Source: the human T2T-CHM13v2.0 reference genome, Homo sapiens
Assembly (NCBI RefSeq): GCF_009914755.1
Contig: NC_060926.1
DNA length: 64,000 nt
Strand: one strand, 5' to 3'
The translations under genes and the position numbers were made by a program. Positions 50,036-64,000 of the stretch are shown in pieces (positions within the stretch are counted from its first letter, which is position 1; each line of letters begins with the position of its first letter). A model generated the notes under the pieces. The model made no database searches. It saw only the letters and a program-made list of their open reading frames with translations, and had not been told where the DNA came from.

Positions 50036-53000
50036 ATTGGTAATTTTTAGGTAAAGGTAGGAAATGGGAAATATTAACCATTTTTAGGTAAAGCTGGGAA
50101 ATGAGAAACAGTAAGACATAGAATTGACCTGGAAGGAAACCTAAACAATGCCCTTGATGTCCTGCAATTCATAAAATAAGGAGCCACTTCAGTCACTTTT
50201 CTGAGAAAAGACAATAGAAAAGATAATCCTAGCTATTGTAATTGATAAAAATGCTGACAGTATAAATAACAACGGCATTTTCAAGGTACATTAATAACTC
50301 TTGAATGTTTGTATGACTTTTCTCTTTGATCCATCAGAATAAACATAAGAATTAGAATCTAATTGTAGCTTTGCCACAGATTACTTAGGTGATCTCCTGC
50401 CAGACACATTTCCTTTCTAGACTGAAGATCCCTCTTTGGGCAGTTGGAGGTAATAGCCTCTGCCTGTCTACTACTTCACGGGATATAGGGTAATAAGGGT
50501 ACAGAGAGATAGGTAGGAGAGAGTGGATTAGGGAAAGGCTGTCGACCCCCTGTAAGAATGAAGTCACCACATGACAACTGTAAGAGAGTGTTCTATCTGG
50601 GGGCTTTTTGGGTGGCTGGAATTGAAGGTGTATTCATTTTTTTATAGGCCATACACCTATTCATGTCTTAGCTCTGTGTTCTGCAATTCCCATTTATGGT
50701 ATAAATGGGAATGATTGGGACTTAAATGACAGGATACAGAGCAGAAAATAAAATAGATGGGAGTGGTTAGTGTGGGATCTGGACTCATTCTACATCTCTC
50801 TGTGGACAAATCTGCACAGAGAATATCTTTTGGGCTATATTGGGCTGGAATTGCTTCAGATTTAAAGTTGTTGAGAAGCTTGGCTGCCCATTGTTCAAAT
50901 AAGGTATATGCAACTGATGTCAACACAATGTGTTGAGGAAATGTCACATCTGTCTGCAATTGGCTACCTCTCCATAGGAGAAACACTGCTGGAAGCCTGG
51001 AGACCAGATGTTGCTTTCAATCAAATAGAGGTCAAGCCGCTTTAGACCAAGAATGTCTGCACCTCTCCATCACTGGCCCTAAGAGAAACATGCAAAACAT
51101 TTCAATGGAATCATAATTGTTTTAGTTCATGTTCCCGTTTTTCCTGGTATATGACATTGAAGCCACTAGTCTAGAGCAACCAAAACAGTGGCCCCTGGTC
51201 CAAAGACTATAAAGAAGACATCAGAGCAGTGAGATTCTCATTCACAATGTCACAAGCCTCAGTTCCAGCCCTGGCTTTGCCATTGCAGTTGTTGAGGGAG
51301 CATGGAAATATCACTTGTTCTCTCTGGACTTCACTATTTCAAACTGAGGAATGACAGCATTATCCTAGATGGTTTGTGTTATCCTTTCTGGGTTTAACAT
51401 TCTGTAATTATGCAGATATGAAGGAAGCTTGGCCTTGACTAAGCCTTGGGACAGCCACCTGGACAGTAAGTACAGTGAAGTTTCCAAGGCAAAGGCTTTT
51501 TTAGTATTTTCTACTAGCCCACGAGGGAAAAACAGGCTAGAACAGCTGGTCGGAAACATGTCCTGTGCCAGAGTAAGAAATGACTGATTGTGAACTTAAT
51601 TTTAAGGGACTCTCCAATTAAACCTCTTAGATTCATTAAAAAAAAAAAATCTCATCCTTCCACTAACCCCATGTGCTGGGAGTTGGGGGGGATCTAGGAG
51701 TTAATGTGCATTCCAGGTGGGTTTGCTTCTTGCACATCTGCAAAGGTCTTCTGTTGGAGTGACAGTAAAACAGAAGAGGAAAAACATCCAGGTTTCTTTC
51801 CAACTCAATTTCATGCCAATAACTATGTATATATTGAGCATTCATTAAATGAAAAGCTCTCTGTTAGGTGCTGCTGGGGATGAACAGGACATTGTGAAGG
51901 GGTAATTGTTCACCCTAGTCCTGATGTTTTTTTTTCCCTGAGTAAATCTCCTGCCTTTTCTCTACCCTGTAGCTCACTTCCCATTGCTGAAGTTGGGGGA
52001 CATATTGACTAGGAAACTTGGGAAGAACAACTGGCTTGATTCTGCCCTTTTTCCAGGGAGCCCGCCTCCCTGTGCAGGGTATTTGCTCTGAATTGCTTTG
52101 TTCCATGGCACCTTCTGCTGCTAAGTTGTTGTCAGGAGGATGGGAACTGCAGTTTTCAGGTAAATGACTTTATAACCTTCCAGTATTTTTGGTATTGGTC
52201 AGAGGTATTGAAAAATTAAAATGAAAGAGTGAAATTTGGAAAGCAAATTATACTTGTGGCAAGATGGGCCAAGATGCGCAGTGTTTAGTCATGGAATTAG
52301 TATGAGAGAAGGGTCCTCTGACTTTGGTGATTTGTGGAGGTTTGAAAAAACTGCAGATGCATTTTTATAGTTATGTAGCTGACATTTAACTACTGTGACC
52401 TGGGTGAGATCTTTAAGACAGCCACACGATATTTTGTCTTTGGTGAATGATGGAAATTTATAGAGGTTTTGTCCATAGGCAAGAGGCTATTTTTATGGAG
52501 AGAACAACATCTGTGGGAAACTTCAGCTAGTTCACGGGGGTGACAGAGAGCTCACACCTTGGTTTCTTGCAAAGGTCTGGCTGATAGACTTGAAGCTGAG
52601 ACATGTGATTATTGAGCAAGAGCTTCTCCATTGGCCTTTTAGGCATTGGTGGGTAGAACAATACTAGCTGCATTTAAAGGTCAAGGCAACTGGGTTTTAC
52701 AAAGCACTGGTGAAGTTCTAGCTTACTAATGTTAGGCCTGGATGTTAACCCAGTCAATGCTAGATTGGCTGTTCTGAATCCCACTCTGCATTCAGGAGCA
52801 GGGAGGAAGCTGTAGAGAGACTAAGCCTGAATTCATGTAAGTAGCCCACAGGTTCAAAAATGAAAAATATTCAAAGAACTTATGGGTGAGTTTCAAGGAG
52901 ATTCAGTTTCTATAGGTGGGCATACATCCTAAAATCCATGCCAAAGAAAATACGGAATTCAAGTCAGAGGAAGCCAGTGTCTTGAAGAACGCATGGGGCA

Positions 53001-53760
53001 AAGGGTCTGGACTAGGCCCCTGAGAGCCTGGGCATGAAAATAGCATTAAAGCTTCAGTTCAGGGATCCATTTGTGGGGCATGGGGGAAGGGGGAACTTCA
53101 GCTGAAACAAATGTGGGAATGAAGTCAAATATCTTCTCTGGCAGGCAGATTTCCTTGGGCTAAGTAATTCTGTAAGAGAGGCATGGAAGTGGCCCATATG
53201 ACAAAGACTGAACATTCCTGGTCAAAAGAGGGTGGATGTTATGATTAGATAGAGGCCAGACTCAGGGCAGTACCAGAAGGCAAGAGTGTATGGGAGAAAT
53301 TAAGAAGTGTGGGATACAGGGAACACGTAAAATATTAACCCACATTGGTAGGTGTCTGCTCACTGAACTTCATAGATCGTGGATTTTAGGCAACTGATAG
53401 CCATACTTTGGCTAAAAAAAAAATGCTTACACCTTGCTCTTCTTCACTCAGATACCACTGAGTCACTGTTATGGTTTTGGCAATGCTATGTTCTCAGCTC
53501 ATAATTTTGTCTCAGGCAGCTCCTTTAGGGGTTAGAGATTGGCTCTCTCCAAGTTTGGTGGGTGGATTTTCTTGGAAGCTTTATTAACTCCTAGGATGCT
53601 TTAAAACATGAAGCTCATCTAAGCTTTGCATTAGATTGATATAACTTCAAAGGCTTTGAATGAACCACATTCAAGTCTGAAGGAGACATCCCAAGCTGTT
53701 GCTGTTAAAGGGAACTAATGGAACCCCATTGGTGAAGACAGAGAATAACTGGAAGAGAGT

Positions 53761-54137
53761 TGCTATGGTTTGACTCTGTGTCCCCACCCAAATCTCATCT
53801 TAAATTATAATCCCCATGTGTCGAGGGAGGGACCTGTAATCCCCATGGGTCGAGAAAGGGATGTGATTGGATCATGGAGGCTATTTCCCCCACACTGTTC
53901 TCAGGATAATGAGTGCATTCTCAGGAGATCTGATGGTTTTATAAGTGTCTGGAAGTTTCTCCTTTGCTCTTCTCTTTCCTGCTGCCATGTGAAGAAAGTC
54001 TTTGCTTCCCCTTGCCTTCTGTCATGATTATAAGTTTCCTGAGGCCTCCCAAGCCAGGAGTCAATTAAATCTTCTTTGTTTATAAATTACCCAGTCTCGG
54101 GCCATTCTTTACAGCAGTGTGAAAACAGACTAATACA
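53761..54137 (+). mobile_element. MSTA/THE1-type MaLR solo LTR
   Basis: TGCTATGGTTTGACTCTGTGTCCCCACCCAAATCTCATC..TAAATTACCCAGTCTCGGG..GTGAAAACAGACTAATACA. Confidence 0.93.
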
Positions 54138-56406
54138 AGGATGAATTCTAGGATTTAATTTTGTTTGACTGAACAAGGTAAAAGAATACAATTTGGACAT
54201 GGATTCCTTTGAACTTCAATTGTTTTGGACTTTAACTGGCTCAATGGCATAAGACTTTTTTTTTAAGAGAGAAAAGTGGGCTACATAAGCAAAGGAAAAC
54301 ATGCTTGGGAAACAGAAGTCAACTTTAACTAAAGAGTTGGCTCTGAGTGGATGAGAAGTAGAGATAAAACTGTAAAGGTAACAGGAATGGAGTTTTTGAG
54401 CTGGAAGAGTACTTTGTGGTCATCTGGTCAAGTCTTGAAGTGGAATCAGGACACCTGTGTTCAAACCAACTCTACGCCAATTAGTAGCTATGTAACTTTA
54501 TTCAAGCTAACATCATTTGCCTTCGGTTTGCTGATCATTATAATAAGGTTTAAATAACATATAATATGTGGAAATACCTAGTGGAATTCAGACATATATT
54601 AGGTGTTCAAAGAGGAATTCTTAAACTCATTGAATCTAAATCTATTCCCTCTCCCAATTTAGTACATGAGATAATTCGGGCTTAAAGAAGTTAACTTATT
54701 TAAGTTTCCAGAGTTAATAGTGGCAGAGATGAGATTCAATCTATATTTCTCTTTTCTCCCTATCCAGTGGACTTTCTGTTTAAAGTGGCATGATTATTTC
54801 AGTAACAGCTTTACAGATGGCTTGTTAGATTAGGATCACACCAGGGCTCTTGAAAGATGGGAAAGATTGTGCTGTTTTTGTCAAATCACTGATAATTTTG
54901 GTAATATGAGCCTGGTGACCTACAGGATGGATAAAGGAAAGGATGCTTTTTAGAGGACATTGATTTCTGTTCCATTGTAAACTTCAAGAATACAAGTGGC
55001 TAGTCTGTCCTTTTCCCAATATATACACAGTTAAAGCAGTATTCAGTTCATAGATGTACAATAAATATATGTTGAATGAATAATTAAAAGGAATTAATAA
55101 ATCAAGTAAGTAAATAAGATACGTGCATGAGTGAATGTAGTGGTGTTTACTTACATATTGGCCTTTCACTTCCTTTTTCTAGCTGAACATCAGAATATTC
55201 AAGGTTTAAAAACTCATAAGGACATGGTCAATGTCTTCTGGATCATTACTGTTAGAAATATACTAATTTTACCAAGACCTGTTCTTTCTTGAGAATAGGT
55301 AATGAGAATCCAGTCTGGTTAAAAGCATTAGATTCAGAATCCAACAAAATTGGATTTGAGTCTTGACTTGGCTCTATTACTTATTAACTATGTGATTTTG
55401 AGCAAGGACTCAAGGGGAGGAAATAGAGCAGAATAGGAAAAAAGTGGCCAATATATGATGATTGACAGAGTTTTTTTTTTTTTTTCCAAATTAGTTTGCC
55501 AACCTATGGGAATTCCTGGAAACACTTATTGTCATAATTATTTGCTTTAGCCTGGGCCATACTTTAGCTGATGGGACAAGGACCAACAAGGTCCAGGAAA
55601 ATATGAATTGTTCATAGATCCAAAACTATTGTGATGCAAGAGTGGCGGTAATGCATTTATTTGTCCAAATACACTGGGAAACAGACACACAGTCAGTTTC
55701 ACACTTTTCAATTTGTGGAGTATTCATTTACTTTGCTTCAATTTTATATACCTTCCATTTGTGGAGAAGAAGCAGAAGCGATATCCCAATAGCACTCAGT
55801 TTGCTATTTATTACCAAGTTCTGGGAAAGAAAAAATGTTCAACAAAGAGAAGTGCTTTCTCCTTTGTCTAAATTCTCAAAGTACATTGCAACTCCCTTGT
55901 CACAATGCACCGATCACCCAGCAATGCAGTTGTTTCTGTTTGTGTTTTACTGTCCTTTTATTATTCTCTTCCTTTCTCTCTCCTACTGCCTAGATCATAG
56001 TAGGCATTCACATCAGTTCCCTTACTGTTTTGAAGGAGTGCCTTCCGAGGGCTGAATTTATTAACTGAAAAGTGTTTCTAATTATGTTTTTAAAATTTAT
56101 TATTATAGATGATTAAGAGACCATGATATTTGCTTGACATACCTAAATTTCTCTTTATGCTGAATGATTTGAACATCCAAATATTGCCTTGAGGCAAGAG
56201 CCACCTAAAAGCTTTTTGTATGTCAAAGCCAAGGCAAACCAGGAAAATGATGTACCCCTTCTGCTCAGAATTTAGCTGACTGCATTGAAGAATCTCTAGA
56301 TTTTGGAAGTCTTGTTCTCTCTTGAAAATGTCCCAAATGACTTTAAGCAAGAAGGTTACCTAGAACCATTCTCATCCAGCAGGATTTCTTTCTGAACAGA
56401 ATATAG

Positions 56407-56740
<334 letters not shown>

Positions 56741-57244
56741 TGAGGGTGGAAACTTTCTACTGCTGAAGGAATCCCTGTGACTATAATCCCTTCTCTTTAT
56801 CAGAGTTTTGTGCTAGTGGAAAGCTGTGGAAAGCTTGAGTTACCCAAATTATAGTTATTGTAGCTTAAGACAAGCACCCTGGAGAGGGAGGGCATCTGTG
56901 TTTCAGCCCTCACATCCTACCATAGCAATTAATTAGCAGAGCAAAGAAGCAGCAGGATAGATCTATGGAGGTGGGGAGCATCCACCTCTTCCTTATACTA
57001 TAAACATAATGGTGGAAGAGAGGGAAAATTATCCAAGTATTCCATGCTGCCTAATAGATTTATTTCAAACTCTAGATATAGCTTTTGCACATATGGTCCT
57101 TATCTCAACTTCTTGCCTTTTTCCCATAGGATTCCTCCTGCATTGCATCCTAAGCAATTAAACTGCTATAGTTTCCCTAATTCCTCCTACTTATTCACAC
57201 ATAGTGCCTTGCATGCATGTTTCTCCATGCCTGGAATGCCCTCT

Positions 57245-57402
57245 TGGGCAAGTTACTCATCTTTCTAAGCCTGTTTCATCATCTGTTGGGTAAAGATAAT
57301 CGAAACATCTTCCTCATTGGGGCTATTGAGAGGATTAAATAAGATGATCTGTGGAAAGGGCTTAGCACAGTTTCTGGCACCAATGAGCTCAATAATTGTT
57401 AT
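57245..57402 (+). mobile_element. MIR SINE 3' part
   Basis: TTGGGCAAGTTACTCATCTTTCTAAGCCTGTTTCATCATCTG..GAGGATTAAATAAGAT..GCTTAGCACAGTTTCTGGCAC. Confidence 0.8.
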
Positions 57403-60400
57403 TTGCAATTTTTTATTCCTTTGTCTGCTTGACAAAGTTGTGCTCATCCCCTAATAACCATATGAAATATACTTTTTTGCTTTGAAATTTCCATTGTCTG
57501 TCAAGTAAATCATTGCTTTTTCTTGTATGCTTCCATATGATTCTATACATATTTACATTATAGTCAGCTGGAATTTATTTAGTTGTCTGTCTTCTCTGAA
57601 GGACTGTGACCTTTTGAAGATGGAGACTGTGTCTTGGTCATTTTTTCTGGCTTCTGAGTTCCTCTGTAAATAAAAATATTAATATTTGTTAAATTAATTT
57701 TTGATAGAGCAAGTGAGTGAGTCAGTGAATGCATAAATGAAAAAAAAAGATTCTTAAAAAGATGTACCATGGCAGAATAAATGGAGGTTTCTAAAAGTAT
57801 GATTGAGAGACTGCAGGTTTTGACTAACTCATTGCTATTTCATTTTTCTGAAAAAAGTTCAAGATTCTATAAGCATTTGTTTTATGAATAGTGAAATATA
57901 TAAGAATGTTACTGGGGTGGATCAAGAGATTAAATTGACTTAAGGTCAGTTTTCTAGCTAAGGAATGAAAGGATGCACTGGGAAAATATGAGCAGCTTTG
58001 TGATGAAGAGAAGAGGAACAGAGAAAGTGATCAGAGAAAGGGAGACAAGATGGGAGTGGCTGGAGGAATTTTGGGAGAGAGATAATTGGGACAGGCGTTG
58101 AAATGAGAAGCTATTTGGGAGAAGGTGAGAGAGAATTCAAAGAGAATTTTTAGGAAACTTCAAGGCAACTCTCTTTTCCATTTATCCAAAGAAGCCATCC
58201 TTAAACCACTCTAATTTAACTGACTTTCCACATAAAACAGCTCTCCCCATTCCCTCTGTAAAACACAGGTACTTGGTGCTGGTGATTGGATGTTTCTCTG
58301 CCATTTTCTCTAAAAACATCAGATGATGGTTAGAGAGACCGATCTTCCCGCATTTGTTTTCTGTCTTCCCTAGATTTGGTTTCTGGAAATCCTTTGCAGC
58401 AATCCGCAAGGACTTTCCTGCTTCATGACCAGGTTTTCTTCTGACCTTCCTAGATGCCTCCATCCATAACTTCTGAGAACATGTCCTTCCTAGATTCTTT
58501 CAGAGAGGGGCCCTTACTCACAGATGCAGGTCTGTGTTGAATTTCAGCCTTAACTACATGCCCTCAGAACTGCCTCTTCCCTGAGAAGAGGAACCACCTC
58601 TCCTGCCCTGTATGTTCTGTACTCCATATTATTGATTTATCTCAGATTAGTGCTCATGGAGCATGCTGGGTAGCTGGGGACATGGTACATGGCATTTGAT
58701 CTCTATCTTCTTTGAAACCTATCAAAACATTAACATCAGCCAGCCTCTTACATAAAGCTATACTGTAAACATGTCTTTGCTTATATTCTATTTTTGCTCT
58801 GTGATATAGGAAGAAAAAAATAGGAAGTTATTCTCTCCTAATGTATAACCCTATTATGTTGCAAGTAGATAAGCTTTGGAGGAAATAACTATAATGTGAG
58901 GTACCTGGTTAGAAACAGATCCTGTAAATTGATCATATAGTAGTAAACACAGTAAAATGGGTGATTTCCTCATGAGTAGAAGGAGAATTGCTACAGAAAT
59001 ATCAAAGGGCAAGCAGAGCTACAGGATTAATGGCCAATACACCCTTTTGAGTTTATCAGAGCATGAATTTTTTGCAGGGAGCTGGCCAGGATCGCTGATT
59101 GAGTAGATTACTTTGTAAAAGTACAAAAACAGATTTTTATCATGCTGGGATGTTTACAAGCTGATATTTATGGGCTAAAAGTAGAAGGTGAGATATCAAA
59201 ATGAATTCATCATATTGTTTTTGTACCACATTTTATGATTTCCCAAAGACTGTCTTGACACAGGACATGCATTTTTACTAACACTGCAAGAAAGGGAAAA
59301 TTTGAGGTGCTGGTGGATTTGTCTTGAGCCCAGTTCTCAGTGCCACAATGAAAAGTAGCTCCCTGTCCTTCCTGTCTGGTGTGATTCCAGGGGCAGTAGC
59401 AAGAGCCTTCTTCTTATGATACCTGAGCCTGATGTACTAATGACTCATGCCTCTGGAGTCAAGTATTGACCTCGTTATGTGACCAGTTTAAAAGAACCCC
59501 TTAATAGGCATTAACTCCTTAGCCTCTTAGTTTATGAAGAGATTTTTATTTCCAACACTAGTGCCTGAAGACTTTATTTATGTCATGGTGAAGGTGAAAG
59601 AAATCCTTGAAAAGGATGGAAAATTGAATAAATAAATTGCAATTTTATTTTAATGCAAAGCTATTTTGAGAATTGATTCTTAAAAGCAGCGTTTAGATTG
59701 TCAGTTCTAATCATCTGGGATTTGTTTGATGAATTTAATATCATAAACTTCTGAAGATAATATGAAATCAAAGATGCCTTCCAGCTCAAATAAAAGATTG
59801 ATCCCACAGTAAGACAGGATTCATGAGTGGGATCCTTCCTGGGCTATTTAATACCCTTTGGCTCTTGGGCACGCCACTTCACACTGAATGAAACTCTGAA
59901 CTTGACCTGGAAATTGAAGTTGGGTAGGAAAAGAAGGAGAGTGGGATTAGGTGATCTTGGGTCAGGTAAAATCACAGCTTATTTCTATACTGCTGGCTCC
60001 ATGATGCCTTACTTTGCCAGTTAAAACATCTGCAAAAAATATAAGGGAAATAGGTCCACATACCTATTCAAACGAGGTCCCTTCACGTGTGGCTGTTGGA
60101 ATTGTTAACCAAATAAGGCAAGTCATAAGCTGAAAGTTCATTGTAAACATGCAACTGCAATCTAACTGAGGCATGGTTTCCTAACAATCCATGCTTTACT
60201 TCCGTGTTAAATAATTCCCATAAATAACAGATCAACAACTTATTCTTTCTAGTATTTTAATGTGAACAAAAAAATCACTCTTTCTGGAGGATTAGGCTAT
60301 GGATTACAATTCCTATATTGCAGATGGGGAAACTGAGACTTCATAAAATTTTGCTTTTTCCAAGTTCATATAAAAGAGCCCAAACTTTTATGCAAGTCCT

Positions 60401-60415
60401 AGCTAATCACACTAA

Positions 60416-60754
<339 letters not shown>

Positions 60755-62129
60755 TCATATTTTTGAAAATAATTTCCTACAGGTACCCTATAAAATTTCT
60801 TTTAGAGGAGGTTAAAACTGATTTAGTGAATTCATATATTATTGGGGTAAATTTAAGAGAAATAAGCCAGCTTTGCCACCTCCATCTGTCAGTTTCACTG
60901 TTGGAATGAATGAGGTGGGGACTTTAATATCCATCTGGAAGATATTCACTTTATAACATTGCTATACATCACTATATGGGTCAGAGCACCAGGCTAATCA
61001 TCTAAGTAAACATTGTTGTTAAATTATTTCCCATTGTGTGGGTTTAAGCTTCATTAGATCTAGAGTGGAAAGAATACCATTAGCTCAGTGTTTATGGCTA
61101 ACTACTGTTTTTCATTTTGGATTTGGTGTGATAAATTTAGCAAATAACACTGAAAACAGCTCTTATGCTTGAAAGACGTAATTGAACTGTACTACAGCAT
61201 TAAAATATTACAACTGGATGCAAACTTTATCTATTGCAGTTCATTTTTATTTTAAAACTTCTGGTTTGAATACACAATAGGCACAGTTTGAAAAGTCCAA
61301 GGAATAAAATCATGAAGTGTGCCAGTGACCATGATCTTTTTGTTTCAGTTTTTGTGTATGCCTTTTATAGGAGAGTTGCAAAGGCTTGAAGAGTTGGAGA
61401 AAATTGCAAGTGAACTTGTGAAGTCAGTTTTAAAAGGACAACCTCTATTACTTAGAATATTTACGCTACAACTGGGCACCCAATTTAGTATGCTGGAGGT
61501 CTGCTGATTGCACAAGCAATGGGCCACTTGCATTTGCAATTAACCACTTACACCCTTGTTTTTCCTCGCAACCCAAGAGGTTGATTATGTGATTGTAGGT
61601 ATAACAATTAGCACACATGAAAAGAAAAACCCAGCAGAAGCCTCCTAAGAGTGTCCTTTTATTGAAAGCCTCAAATGTGAACTAATTAGGTTAGCAGGTA
61701 CAGTAGATGGCCCCCAACATGTGCTATATCAAAACACTTTGCCTATAGTCTAGTTGCTCTTATTGTGTAATAGAAATTGCTCCCCCACCAGTCCTATGTG
61801 GGGATGGCTCTCTGTTCCAGTGTAGAAAAGGAGGAATGACATACATGAAATGGATGGGGAAGGCTCCCAATTCTCGGTTATATCCTTGTCACTGTGGGAT
61901 AACACAGTGGAACTTTTAAAATACCTAGACCAAAGACAGGCCAGAGGAATATACAAGACCCATCCATCTTTCAGAATGTCTTCTTTCTTTTCTTTCTTTT
62001 CCTTCTTTCCCTTCCTTCTGTCCTTCTTTGCAATTACATTTTTTTGCTTCTGAAAATATGGCAAATTAAAAAAATAATGAAAACTCTTTTGGTTTTCCAC
62101 TTAGAAAAGTTAAAGTATTTAGAATATCA

Positions 62130-62456
62130 CAAATATAGAGTTGAACTCATAGAAAAGAAAGTGCAACACTTATATAATTGCTAGTAATAATAAGTTTATT
62201 TTGATGCTTGGGGTTAGTATATAAACCAAAAGTTAGCAGAATTACAAGGAGAATGTGACAAATACCTCGACACATAAAACTCTAATACATTTTAAAAAAT
62301 TAGAACCATTTAGGAAAAAAATATAGAATTTTAAAACAATACAATTATGATGGACCATGTGGTAATAGATCATCTATATGGAACGTAGCGTTCTGCATTC
62401 AAGAATGTACATTCTTCAAAAACATACAGAAAACTTTAATTCAAAATGACCACATA
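62130..62456 (+). mobile_element. Old L1M ORF2 endonuclease-region fragment
   Basis: AGAATGTACATTCTTCAAAAACATACAGAAAACTTT..AAAATGACCACATACT resembles the EYTFFS..H.T..KIDH motif. Confidence 0.6.

Positions 62457-64000
<1,544 letters not shown>

Noticed and set aside
53805-53862. Short tandem duplication TAATCCCCATG.GTCGAG..AGGGA
   Set aside because: Recalled as a feature of MSTA-type LTR variants, so probably not locus-specific.
58182-58463. 93-aa ATG-initiated minus-strand ORF
   Set aside because: No recognisable homology, promoter or splice context, and its length is within chance expectation.

Overview
This is AT-rich primate (human-like) genomic DNA that looks intergenic or deep-intronic. 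It has no CpG island, no intact protein-coding gene, and no tRNA, rRNA or CRISPR array. Much of it is recognisable transposon debris: 13 Alu insertions, a full-length TSD-bounded L1MA2-like LINE (31330-39160, minus), a 5'-inverted L1PA running off the right edge, and solo LTRs (MER4A, MLT2, LTR47, MLT1J, two MSTA). It also holds an ERVL pro/int remnant nested in an MLT1 LTR, hAT transposons (Charlie4a-, MER63-, Zaphod- and FordPrefect-like), and MIR/L2/L3 fragments. Many of the supplied ORFs are Alu or L1 translations and the rest look like chance ORFs. The most notable sequence-level observations are a single TSD-bounded Alu with a twin-priming-type internal inversion, and a ~250-bp local templated duplication inserted into a nested hAT stack. 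There is also a speculative set of minus-strand, splice-site-bounded, stop-riddled segments that may be a decayed multi-exon gene. Repeat family names are from recall of consensus sequences, not from a database search.
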